A stretch of DNA of 64,000 bases, from the NCBI GenBank assembly GCA_963828495.1, contig CAWHFJ010000017.1, positions 20,342 through 84,341 on the forward strand, written 5' to 3'. Origin of the DNA: Candidatus Omnitrophota bacterium. Lineage in GTDB: Bacteria > Omnitrophota > Gorgyraeia > Zapsychrales > Fredricksoniimonadaceae. Of this stretch, positions 7,465 through 15,588 are shown one piece after another (position 1 is the stretch's first letter; the number at the start of each line of letters is the position of its first letter). Under the pieces are notes generated by a model. The model did no database searches. It was not told the DNA's origin and saw only the letters and a program-made list of their open reading frames with translations. A program made the translations under genes and the position numbers.

Positions 7465-7547
7465 AAAATATATTAGAAAAATAATTCAAAATTTGGTGGC
7501 GCTTTTTTATTTGTAAACATAAGTCAGCTTTAGGTAGGATTGAGTCA

Positions 7548-7575
7548 TTGTTTTAATAAATATGCAACGTAATAT
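7548..7575 (+). promoter_or_regulatory. Putative promoter of the DUF6119 operon
   Basis: TTGTTT, 16-nt spacer, TAATAT. The -10 ends 8 nt before ATG 7584 and there is no Shine-Dalgarno sequence, so the transcript may be leaderless. Confidence 0.35.
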
Positions 7576-7583
7576 AAAAGATT

Positions 7584-9230
7584 ATGAGTAAAAGCCGTCC
7601 ATTTTCAATTTATCTTCTTAAGCCTGAGTTTAATGCAGGTAATGCTCTTAAGGATAATCATGGTCTTGACGTTTGTCATGAGGCTAGCGGTTTACCCGAG
7701 GGATCAATTTTATATGTCTTGGATAATTCACCCCATCCTCCATGGTGGAAATCCTATTTTCAAATTTCAAAAGATTTAACTCAGGTTACAAAAGGAGCTT
7801 TACTCTTTCTTTTAGTCAATGGCCGAACCTTTGCTCTTTCATTTGGTTATGTTCACCATCATCTGAAGGATATTTGTTATGAATATGATTTTGGATTAAG
7901 AGTAACGCTTAATAGTATAATTCCTAAATTTAAAAGCGCTGATACGCTAGATCCCGGTTCATCAAGAAGGCAAAGGACACAATTTCCGATTGAATCAGAT
8001 TTGACTTATTTCGATTTTGATAAAGATAGTACCATCATTAAAAGACTTACCGGAAAGGTTAAAGATGAATATAAGGAATTATTTAACTATGCTACAGGCT
8101 CGAGTAGTCTAAAGATAAACATTAATGTGCCACCTGCAAGACTCACAAGTATTTGCGAACGGCTTCTTTCTATTTATCAAAGTGAAGATTACAAGATTAA
8201 TTTTCCAGATATTCAAAATATTGAGCCCGTTAAAGACCCGACCATTATCGCGAGATTGAATGAAAAGTTGTTAGAGGCATTTAAAGGTAAAGATATCAAT
8301 CTTACTCTCGCTGTTCCTGACATCATAAATTATCATAGCAACGTTTACGCATGTTTTTCAGGTTCAGGAGGAGGAGATTTATCAAATGATGTTTCTATGG
8401 AGCATTATTATGCATATTTACAAAAGAATGAGATTAGTTTAAATGATATGGGAATAAATAATATAGAAAGTCACGACCTTGATTTGACTGATGACAATGC
8501 CCAAACACAAGAGAGCTTTAATGTTTTTAAGTGTATGATTTTTGATACGACATTAGATAATAATGATAATGTTTATCATTTATGCGATGGTAATTGGTAT
8601 AAGGTAGATAATAACTATATCAGAAAAATGAAGATTTTTCTTGATCCCTATTATGAAGATGTGCCCTTTCTTGCCTATAATCATGGCAATGAGGGGTGTT
8701 ACAATAAAGCTATTGCTACAACTGATAAGACGTATATTTGTCTTGATCAGAAAAATATTGGCCCGGAAGGTCAAAATCAGGTTGAGCCTTGCGATTTATA
8801 TAAATGTGTAAATAATCAAGCTTATTTTTATCACGTTAAGATTTCAACTAGATCGTCACAATTAAGTCATCTTTTTAATCAGGGAGTCAATGCTATTGAG
8901 TTAATTAAGTCAGAAGAAGAATCACGATGTAAACTGAAAGAATTGATCAAAAATGATTTGAATACAAATACTGAAAGTATTTATCTATCTCCTATAGATC
9001 AGCAGAAATATAAGGTCGTATTTGTTATTGTTACTCACAAAAATAAATCAAAGAAATCAGACAATTTTCCTCTTTTTTCGCGTATTAGCTTAATGCGAAG
9101 TCTTAAAGCTTTTAGAATAATGAGTGTTGATGCTGCTTATTGCTTTGCAGAAGATACAACCGTAAGGATTGCTGGAATGAAAAAGTCACGAAAATCTAAG
9201 AAAAGTCAATATGAAGAAAAAGTAGTATAA
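7584..9230 (+). CDS. TIGR04141/DUF6119-like sporadically distributed protein with a putative PD-(D/E)xK nuclease motif
   Basis: FSIYLLK N-terminus, FGLRVTLN, DGNWYKV, and C-terminal LD-x13-EPCDLY-x11-YHVK...LSHLFNQG. The layout matches my recollection of that family. Confidence 0.6.
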   Translation: MSKSRPFSIYLLKPEFNAGNALKDNHGLDVCHEASGLPEGSILYVLDNSPHPPWWKSYFQISKDLTQVTKGALLFLLVNGRTFALSFGYVHHHLKDICYEYDFGLRVTLNSIIPKFKSADTLDPGSSRRQRTQFPIESDLTYFDFDKDSTIIKRLTGKVKDEYKELFNYATGSSSLKININVPPARLTSICERLLSIYQSEDYKINFPDIQNIEPVKDPTIIARLNEKLLEAFKGKDINLTLAVPDIINYHSNVYACFSGSGGGDLSNDVSMEHYYAYLQKNEISLNDMGINNIESHDLDLTDDNAQTQESFNVFKCMIFDTTLDNNDNVYHLCDGNWYKVDNNYIRKMKIFLDPYYEDVPFLAYNHGNEGCYNKAIATTDKTYICLDQKNIGPEGQNQVEPCDLYKCVNNQAYFYHVKISTRSSQLSHLFNQGVNAIELIKSEEESRCKLKELIKNDLNTNTESIYLSPIDQQKYKVVFVIVTHKNKSKKSDNFPLFSRISLMRSLKAFRIMSVDAAYCFAEDTTVRIAGMKKSRKSKKSQYEEKVV

Positions 9231-9246
9231 AGTTGAAGAGGAGAAT

Positions 9247-9735
9247 ATGAAAAAACTAAATTGTTATTTGTCTCAGGCCATAACGTTACTACGACAATTT
9301 GATCAAACGGAAGTCGATGAATATCTTAAATTTTATGAGCATATTGAAAAATGTGTAAAGAAGAATCACAAAGTAAATATTTTTCATCCAATAAAAGAAG
9401 ACTCGATGATAAGTGCAAATGAGATATACTTGCGAGATTTGGCTGAGGTGGATAAGGCCGATTTTTTAGTTGCAGAGATTTCGGTTGTCTCTTGGGGTGT
9501 TGGACAAGAGTTAACTTATGCGATCATGAAAGGCAAGCCTATATTGGCTTTATATAACAATAAGTCTAGGTTCAAACTATCCGAAATGATATCGGGTTCG
9601 GGTTTAAGAATTCGTACATATAACGGAAAAGGCCTTGAATGGAAAGAGCAAATTGCAAGACACATTGCGGGGTTTATGCCGGAAGTAAAGCAATATTTTT
9701 ACCTTAGGGGGCGAGTATGCGCAAAGCCATTGTGA
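9247..9735 (+). CDS. DNPH1/Rcl-like protein (nucleoside 2-deoxyribosyltransferase superfamily N-glycosidase fold)
   Basis: ADFLVAEISVVSWGVGQELTYAIMKGKPILALYN...LSEMISGS parallels DNPH1 ADVVVAEVTQPSLGVGYELGRA...LSAMIRGA. GAGGAG RBS. Confidence 0.6.
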   Translation: MKKLNCYLSQAITLLRQFDQTEVDEYLKFYEHIEKCVKKNHKVNIFHPIKEDSMISANEIYLRDLAEVDKADFLVAEISVVSWGVGQELTYAIMKGKPILALYNNKSRFKLSEMISGSGLRIRTYNGKGLEWKEQIARHIAGFMPEVKQYFYLRGRVCAKPL

Positions 9736-10448
9736 AACAGAGACTATTAATAAGTATCCGGGGTCCCAAAGAAGCCATAGAAGCTTCTAAAGGTGGGGCT
9801 CATATCATTGATGTTGAATATCCTGCATCTGCATTGGGGACTCCATACCCTCTTAATATACAAACTGTTCGTAAGGCAATGCCTAAAAGGATACAGGTTG
9901 CAACAAATATAGGAGAAGAGCAATTAGTTCGTAGCTCTGCTTGCCAAGCAGCTTTAGGCGTGGCTCTTTCTGGCGCTGATATTATCAAAGCTGGATTAGC
10001 AAAATATTCATTTAAAGAAGCAAAATACGTAGGAGAAAATATCGTTAGAACTGTAAAGCATTGGTTCCCTGAAAAAAAAATTATTCCCGCTGTTTTTGCC
10101 GATAAAAATTTAAGGAAAATTTTTGATCCTTTAAAAGAAGGTCATAGGTTAGGGCATGCGATAAAGGCTGATGGTATTTTGATTGATACTTTCGATAAAT
10201 CTAAATCCAAGAATAGATTAATGGATCTGTTAACATATAAACAGATCGAAGAATTTGTTATAAATTGCCATTCATTGGAACTCGAAGCTTGGATAGCTGG
10301 GTCAATTAACAAAGAAGAGATCTTTGAACTCTGGAATACAGGAGTGGATGTTATTTGTATTCGTGGAGCGGCTTGTGAACAGACAGGAAAAGGGCGTTTC
10401 GGGGAAGTAAAGGCAAAAATTGTTACTGACCTTATTAGAATGAAATAA
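9717..10448 (+). CDS. MfnB-like / 4-HFC-P synthase family (ex-DUF556) TIM-barrel aldolase-fold protein
   Basis: GGAHIIDVEYP, SGADIIKAGL, LIDTFDKSK and WIAGSI...DVICIRGAAC are colinear with MfnB motifs. It overlaps the upstream gene by 19 nt. Confidence 0.7.
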   Translation: MRKAIVKQRLLISIRGPKEAIEASKGGAHIIDVEYPASALGTPYPLNIQTVRKAMPKRIQVATNIGEEQLVRSSACQAALGVALSGADIIKAGLAKYSFKEAKYVGENIVRTVKHWFPEKKIIPAVFADKNLRKIFDPLKEGHRLGHAIKADGILIDTFDKSKSKNRLMDLLTYKQIEEFVINCHSLELEAWIAGSINKEEIFELWNTGVDVICIRGAACEQTGKGRFGEVKAKIVTDLIRMK

Positions 10449-10463
10449 GGAACAGGCACAAAC

Positions 10464-10510
10464 CAGGCACAAACGAGGCACAGTTCTGTGCCCCGTTTTG
10501 TGCCTCTTCT
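10464..10510 (+). terminator. Two-helix hairpin terminator after the MfnB-like gene
   Basis: AGGCACAAA (10464-10472) pairs with TTTGTGCCT (10496-10504), and an inner CACA pairs with TGTG. A T-rich tail follows. AGGCACA occurs three times in tandem. Confidence 0.6.
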
Positions 10511-10516
10511 TTTGTC

Positions 10517-10620
10517 GTAACTCTCCTATTCGCAACGGTTTTTTGGGCGAGAAGCGCCCAAAATCGTTCAAGACCCCTCTCTCCCAACCATAAGTTAGTA
10601 GGGGAGACAGGGGTCTTGAA
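10517..10620 (+). repeat. Dispersed repeat copy 2 plus a 19-bp-stem hairpin
   Basis: 10517-10569 is homologous to 981-1034. It contains TTTTGGGCG-agaag-CGCCCAAAA. 10567-10585 pairs with 10602-10620 with one mismatch. Confidence 0.6.
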
Positions 10621-10629
10621 CTAAACCGT

Positions 10630-10870
10630 TGCTAATGGGAGGGTATAATTTAGGTGTGGTTAATGAGTATTTAGAAGTGTTCCAGTGTGAGGGGTAAAGA
10701 GGATAAGAGTAAGAGGGAGATTTAGGGATGGTTATAGGTTATATTGAATGATTGTTTTGGATTGTTGTCTGGGGGTGTTATTTAGGATTTTTTGAATTTG
10801 TTTGAGGGTTCTGGTTATTTTACTGATTTTGGTCTTATGTTGCGGTGGATAGGTTGATAATGTTTTTCTG
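10630..10870 (+). other. ~240-nt C-depleted (G/T/A-only) non-coding tract
   Basis: Only about ten C residues on the + strand by eye. No ORF of 60 aa or more on either strand. A TATAAT lies at 10644-10649. Confidence 0.5.
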
Positions 10871-11033
10871 CTTTGATCCGGCCATGCTGGAGCACTTGCA
10901 AAATGCTCCAGGCGTTGTGCCGGGACAAAATTTAAATTAACATTATAGGATTATGTGGTAGTATATTGATAATTCTGCTGATTCCCCGATCGGCATAATA
11001 GTCTAAATTCCCCCAGCAGTTAATCTTTTATGG

Positions 11034-11057
11034 ATTCCCGTTTTCGCGGGAATGACA
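11034..11057 (-). repeat. Small hairpin repeat (ATTCCCG-n6-CGGGAAT-GACA), inverted copy of the element at 52894-52918
   Basis: CGCGGGAATGACA is the reverse complement of TGTCATTCCCGCG at 52894-52906. Confidence 0.5.
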
Positions 11058-11078
11058 ATAGGTTGGGAGGATAAGCTT

Positions 11079-12167
11079 ATGGGCGTTTATCGAAAAGACA
11101 ACGTATTTTTTATTGACTATTATGTCAACGGCCGCCGCAGGAGAGAAAAAATCGGTACCAGCCGTAAGCTTGCTGAAACCGTCCTTGCCAAGCGAAAAGT
11201 CGATATTGCCGAGGGGAAATTCCTGGATATTCGCACCAGCAAAAAAATCAAGTTTGAGATCTTTGCCGATGAGTTTTTGAATCTTCATTCCAAGGTCAAT
11301 AAAAAAAGCTGGAAATCCGATCTCTACAATCTGCACAGTTTGGGTAAATATTTCGACGGTAAATATCTTTATGAAATTTCAGTCAAAGACATTGAAGGTT
11401 ATAAATCCGACCGCATAAAGTCCGCAGCGCCTGCCACCGTTAACCGCGAATTAGCCACCTTAAAAACAATGCTTAATAAAGCTGTTCTGTGGGGCAAGCT
11501 TAAAGAAAGCCCTGCCAGGCCGGTGAGTTTTTTAAGAGAGCCGAATGGCCGTATGCGTTTTTTGGAGCGTGAGGAGATTGTTAAAGTGCTTAGCCATTGC
11601 GATAAAAAGTTGCGGCCTATTTTGGTGCTTGCTTTGAATACCGGCATGCGCAGGGGAGAGATTTTTGGGCTGAAATGGCATGATATTGATGTCAAAAGGA
11701 ACATCATCACGCTTCTGGATACCAAGAATGGTGAAAAGCGGGAAGTATACATGAATGAACAGGTTAAGACTGCATTGATTCGTGTGCCCAGGAACCCCAA
11801 AAGCGCTTATATCTTTTGCGGACCTGACGGCAAACCTTATCGGGATATTCGCAAAAGCTTCTGGACAGCCCTGCGTAAATCTGGTATAAAAGATTTTCAC
11901 TTCCATGACCTCAGGCACACCTTTGCAAGCCAATTGGTCATGTCAGGTATTGATTTAAATACTGTAAGGGAATTGTTGGGGCATAAGGATTTGAGAATGA
12001 CATTACGCTATAGCCATCTGTCAGCCAGCCATAAGCAAAAGGCCGTGGATATTTTGGGTAAAAACATGGACACTTTTTGGACACTTGAGGGAAATCAGAA
12101 GAATCAGCAAAAATTAGATTTTTCACAACCTATTGAAAATAAAGAACTAATTAGGTCCGGGACGTAG
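11079..12167 (+). CDS. int: Tyrosine recombinase / phage-type integrase
   Basis: GGAGG RBS. ALNTGMRRGEI (Arg), FHFHDLRHTFAS (His-x-x-Arg), LLGHKDLRMTLRYSHL (His, catalytic Tyr). The stop codon lies inside the tRNA/att core. Confidence 0.9.
   Translation: MGVYRKDNVFFIDYYVNGRRRREKIGTSRKLAETVLAKRKVDIAEGKFLDIRTSKKIKFEIFADEFLNLHSKVNKKSWKSDLYNLHSLGKYFDGKYLYEISVKDIEGYKSDRIKSAAPATVNRELATLKTMLNKAVLWGKLKESPARPVSFLREPNGRMRFLEREEIVKVLSHCDKKLRPILVLALNTGMRRGEIFGLKWHDIDVKRNIITLLDTKNGEKREVYMNEQVKTALIRVPRNPKSAYIFCGPDGKPYRDIRKSFWTALRKSGIKDFHFHDLRHTFASQLVMSGIDLNTVRELLGHKDLRMTLRYSHLSASHKQKAVDILGKNMDTFWTLEGNQKNQQKLDFSQPIENKELIRSGT
12066..12085 (+). promoter_or_regulatory. Putative integrase arm-type site inside the int 3' end
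   Basis: ATGGACACTTTTTGGACACT is identical to 1294-1313. It lies 72 nt upstream of the attR core. Confidence 0.5.
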
Positions 12168-12235
12168 CGCAGTTGGATTAGCGCACTTGAATGGGGTTCA
12201 AGAGGCCGTGGGTTCAAGCCCCACCGTCCCGACCA
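12158..12235 (+). tRNA. tRNA-Pro (anticodon GGG), CCA encoded
   Basis: Manual cloverleaf: acceptor CGGGACG/CGTCCCG, D stem GCGC/GCGC, anticodon stem CTTGA/TCAAG with loop AUGGGGU (U33, GGG, G37), T arm GTGGG-TTCAAGC-CCCAC, then ACCA. Confidence 0.9.
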
Positions 12236-12259
12236 TTTTTCAAAAGGATGACAAAGATT

Positions 12260-12582
12260 ATGGATAAACCTTTTAAAGAACGCCGTAAACATCCGCGTAT
12301 TTACCGTAATTTTATTCTTTCTTATCATGAAAAGGGTAAATCAGCTCTGAAACATGAAGTCTCCCAGATCAATAATATCAGTCAAGGGGGCATGAATTTT
12401 GTATCGACACATCCTTTAAAGAGGGGACAATAGTGGTGCTTGATTTAAAAACTCCATTTATTGTGGATTCCATCCATCTGGAGGGGGTTGTTTTGGAAAG
12501 CAGGGAAAAAATCCCTGAAATGATTTATGAAATCCGGGTGCAATTTAACGATATTCCCGAGCAAGTGTTAGCATGTGCTTGA
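12260..12582 (+). pseudogene. PilZ-domain protein, reading frame interrupted near 12431 (assembly indel or pseudogene)
   Basis: RRKHPRIY and QINNISQGG are the PilZ RxxxR and D/NxSxxG motifs. The rest of the domain (VVLDLKTPF...YEIRVQFNDIPE) continues in another frame. Confidence 0.6.
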
Positions 12583-12628
12583 AAAAATAGAGAGTTATGG
12601 AAGAGCAGAGGAGAAACTTAAAGATCTT

Positions 12629-13922
12629 ATGGACTGCATTAATATAGGTTTGATCGGTTATGGGGTGGTGGGGCAGGGGGTGGTAAAATCCTTAAAAATC
12701 GCCGTAAATTTTTTAGGGATAAGTATAAAAAAGATTTTTTTATTAAGACCATTGCTGACCGCAGCATTCAGAAAAAAGCCTCTCCGGGCCTTGAAAATAC
12801 TTTATTGACAACGGACATCAATGCCGTTTTAAACGACCCGGACATTCATGTGGTCGTGGAATTAATCGGCGGCATGACCCCGGCCAAAGATATCATGCTG
12901 CAAGCGGTGCGTTGCGGTAAACATGTGGTCACGGCCAATAAAGAGCTTTTGGCCACTTGCGGCCAGGAATTGTTCCGGGAAGCCAATGCCAATAACCGCA
13001 TGATTTATTTTGAAGCGGCCGTCGGTGCAGGGATCCCCATCATCCGTACCATCACCGAAGGGGTGGCGGGCAATAAATTCAACGGTATTTACGGGATCAT
13101 CAACGGCACCTGTAATTTTATTTTAACCGAGATGTCCAACCGCAAGCTGACTTTTCAGGAAGCTTTAAAAGAAGCCCAGGAAAAAGGTTACGCGGAAAGA
13201 AACCCGACCCTGGATATCAGCGGGATGGACACCGCCCATAAATTGGCCGTGCTGGTTTTTTTGACCCAGGGAAAATTTGTCAGCGTTAATGATTTCCATG
13301 TGGAGGGCATCAACCATATTTCCCATGATGACATTGAATTCGCCTCGGCCCTTAATCTGGAGATCCGTTTATTGGCCATTGCCAAAAAAATCGGCAACGA
13401 GCTGGATGTGCGCGTCCACCCGACGTTGATTCCCAAAGACCATGGGTTAGCCACGGTCAATGGGGTGGACAATGCCATTTTCTTTGATTTGGACCCGATG
13501 GGAGACGTATTTATCGAAGGCCAGGGCGCGGGCCAGATGACGGCGGCTTCCGGGATCGTCAGTGATTTGATCAATTTAGGTATTCGCAAGGACGTACAAA
13601 TGCCGCGTGGATTTTTAACCCCACGGAAGAGCAGCAAAACGTTGTCTTAAGAAAAATCGACGCGGTGGAAACCAGGTTTTATTTTCGTTTTATGGTCATT
13701 GATAAACCCGGGGTATTGTCCATTATTACCGGTGTTTTGGGCCAGCATAATATCTCCATTGCGTCGGTCAATCAAAAGCAGGAAAACAAAGGTTCCACGG
13801 TGCCGGTGGTCATGTTGACGCACGTGGCCAACGAGCGTTCCGTGCGTGAAGCGCTGGAGCAAATCACCAATCTCGCGGTCATCCGCAGTAAACCCGTGGC
13901 CATACGCATGGAGAAACTCTAA
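12629..13922 (+). pseudogene. hom: Homoserine dehydrogenase, split over three frames (shifts near 12695 and 13590-13620)
   Basis: INIGLIGYGVVGQGVV NAD-binding fold, central catalytic region, and C-terminal ACT domain (RFYFRFMVIDKPGVLS). The first shift is in an A5 run. Confidence 0.8.
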
Positions 13923-14977
13923 TGCGTTGGACTGGGATCATTGATCATTATCGGGAATATTTGCCGGTTTCTGATAAGACGCCGGTGGTAACCTTATATG
14001 AAGGCCATACACCGCTTATTCCGGCGGAGTTTTTAAACAAGATCACCGGCCTGCAAACTTTCTTAAAATACGAAGGGTTAAATCCAACGGGTTCTTTTAA
14101 AGACCGCGGCATGACTATGGCGATTTCCAAGGCCCTGGAAAAGAAAGCCGAAGTGGTCATGTGCGCGTCCACCGGTAATACATCAGCGTCTGCGGCGGCT
14201 TATGCTGCCCGTGCGGGGATGAAATGTGTCGTGCTTATTCCCAATGGCAATATTGCCATGGGCAAGCTGTCCCAAGCCATGATCCATCAAGCGCAGGTTA
14301 TTGCCATTGAAGGCAATTTTGATGATGCGCTCAATTTAGTCAAAGATATTACTGCCCATTACCCGGTAGAATTAGTGAATTCTTTAAACCCGTTTCGTAT
14401 TGAAGGCCAGAAAACAGCGGCCTTTGAAATTTGTGATTTTTTAGGTGACGCCCCGGAATTTCATGCTATTCCCGTTGGTAATGCCGGCAATATCACCGCG
14501 TATTGGAAGGGTTATCAGGAATACCGTACGGCAGGCAAGTCAAAGACACGGCCTCACATGTTGGGTTTTCAGGCCGCGGGTGCGGCCCCGATTGTGCACA
14601 ACCGTATTATTGAAAAGCCTGAAACGATCGCCACGGCCATCCGTATCGGTAATCCGGCCAGTTGGAAATCTGCCGTTGAGGCCCGTGACCAATCCCATGG
14701 CTTGATTGATATGGTCACAGACGAAGAGATATTACAGGCTTATCATCAGTTGGCTGCTTTTGCAGGGGTCTTTGTGGAACCCGCTTCCGCAGCGGCGGTG
14801 GCAGGGATTATCAAGTTAGCGAAGGCCGGATATTTTAAAGGTCATTCCAAAGAACGTCTGGTGTGCACCATGACCGGGCATGGTCTTAAAGACCCTAAAA
14901 CGGCCATGCAGGATTTGCCTGAACCTAAAGTCATTAAGGCAGATAAAAAAGATGTCCTGAAGCTGATTGGTTTATGA
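13922..14977 (+). CDS. thrC: Threonine synthase
   Basis: NPTGSFKDRGMT PLP-lysine motif. Full-length 351 aa. Confidence 0.9.
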   Translation: MRWTGIIDHYREYLPVSDKTPVVTLYEGHTPLIPAEFLNKITGLQTFLKYEGLNPTGSFKDRGMTMAISKALEKKAEVVMCASTGNTSASAAAYAARAGMKCVVLIPNGNIAMGKLSQAMIHQAQVIAIEGNFDDALNLVKDITAHYPVELVNSLNPFRIEGQKTAAFEICDFLGDAPEFHAIPVGNAGNITAYWKGYQEYRTAGKSKTRPHMLGFQAAGAAPIVHNRIIEKPETIATAIRIGNPASWKSAVEARDQSHGLIDMVTDEEILQAYHQLAAFAGVFVEPASAAAVAGIIKLAKAGYFKGHSKERLVCTMTGHGLKDPKTAMQDLPEPKVIKADKKDVLKLIGL

Positions 14978-15588
14978 AAGTCAAAGTACTTATCACATGC
15001 GGGGCGACCTGGACTCCCATTGATGATGTGCGGGTGATCAGTAATATTTCCACCGGGGAAATGGGGCATTCTATAGCCCAGGCTTTCAAGCGGGCAGGTG
15101 CCAACGTCACGGTGATTGAAGGGCCGGTGACACATACCCTTTTGGCTCAGGGTATTAAGATTATCAAATACCGTTTTTTTGACCAATTAGCTAAACTTCT
15201 TAAGATAGAGCTGCGCAAAAAATACGTTATTATCATTCACGCGGCGGCTGTTTCCGATTTTAAGCTTCTGGGGGTCCGCAAAGGCAAAATAACATCCGGT
15301 CGTCCGTTGACATTGCGTTTAAAGGCGACCCCGAAGCTGATTGAGACTATTAAAGTTTTAAGTCCTGAAAGTTTTTTAGTAGGGTTTAAATTAGAGACCA
15401 GGCTAAGCCCTAAGAATATTTTTAAAATAGCCCGGCCTTTGTTTAATCAATCAGGCTGTGATGTGGTGGTGGCGAATACTTTAACAGGCGGCTATCGGGG
15501 TTATATTGTGAATGCGGATGGGGAAATTTTAGCTAAAGCCGCCGATAAAGAAAAACTTGCAAAAGCATTGGTAAAATTGGTGTCATGA
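14974..15588 (+). CDS. coaB: Phosphopantothenate-cysteine ligase (CoaB domain)
   Basis: VLITCGATWTPIDDVRVISNISTGEMG and AAAVSDF motifs of the DFP/CoaB family. Confidence 0.8.
   Translation: MKVKVLITCGATWTPIDDVRVISNISTGEMGHSIAQAFKRAGANVTVIEGPVTHTLLAQGIKIIKYRFFDQLAKLLKIELRKKYVIIIHAAAVSDFKLLGVRKGKITSGRPLTLRLKATPKLIETIKVLSPESFLVGFKLETRLSPKNIFKIARPLFNQSGCDVVVANTLTGGYRGYIVNADGEILAKAADKEKLAKALVKLVS

Larger units (their letters stand above)
1136..12198 (+). mobile_element. Integrative genomic (defence) island in tRNA-Pro
   Basis: 41-bp direct repeats lie 11,022 bp apart. A tyrosine integrase abuts the intact tRNA. Identical 20-nt arm-type sites flank both cores. The cargo consists of TA, CBASS and other defence-type genes. 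Confidence 0.8.

Noticed and set aside
10630-10870. Protein-coding potential or a tandem-repeat RNA (ToxI-like) in the C-depleted tract
   Set aside because: There is no ORF on either strand. Only trivial 7-nt duplications are present (ggttata x2, gattgtt x2), with no regular repeat unit.
12191-12433. ORF-track start at 12191 for the PilZ ORF
   Set aside because: The first 45 nt would overlap the tRNA-Pro gene. MDKPFKERRKHPR from ATG 12260 is the plausible start.
12690-12700. Programmed -1 ribosomal frameshift at TTAAAAAT in hom
   Set aside because: There is no X XXY YYZ heptamer (only five A residues), no obvious downstream stimulator, and many unrelated genes show similar breaks. An indel is more parsimonious.
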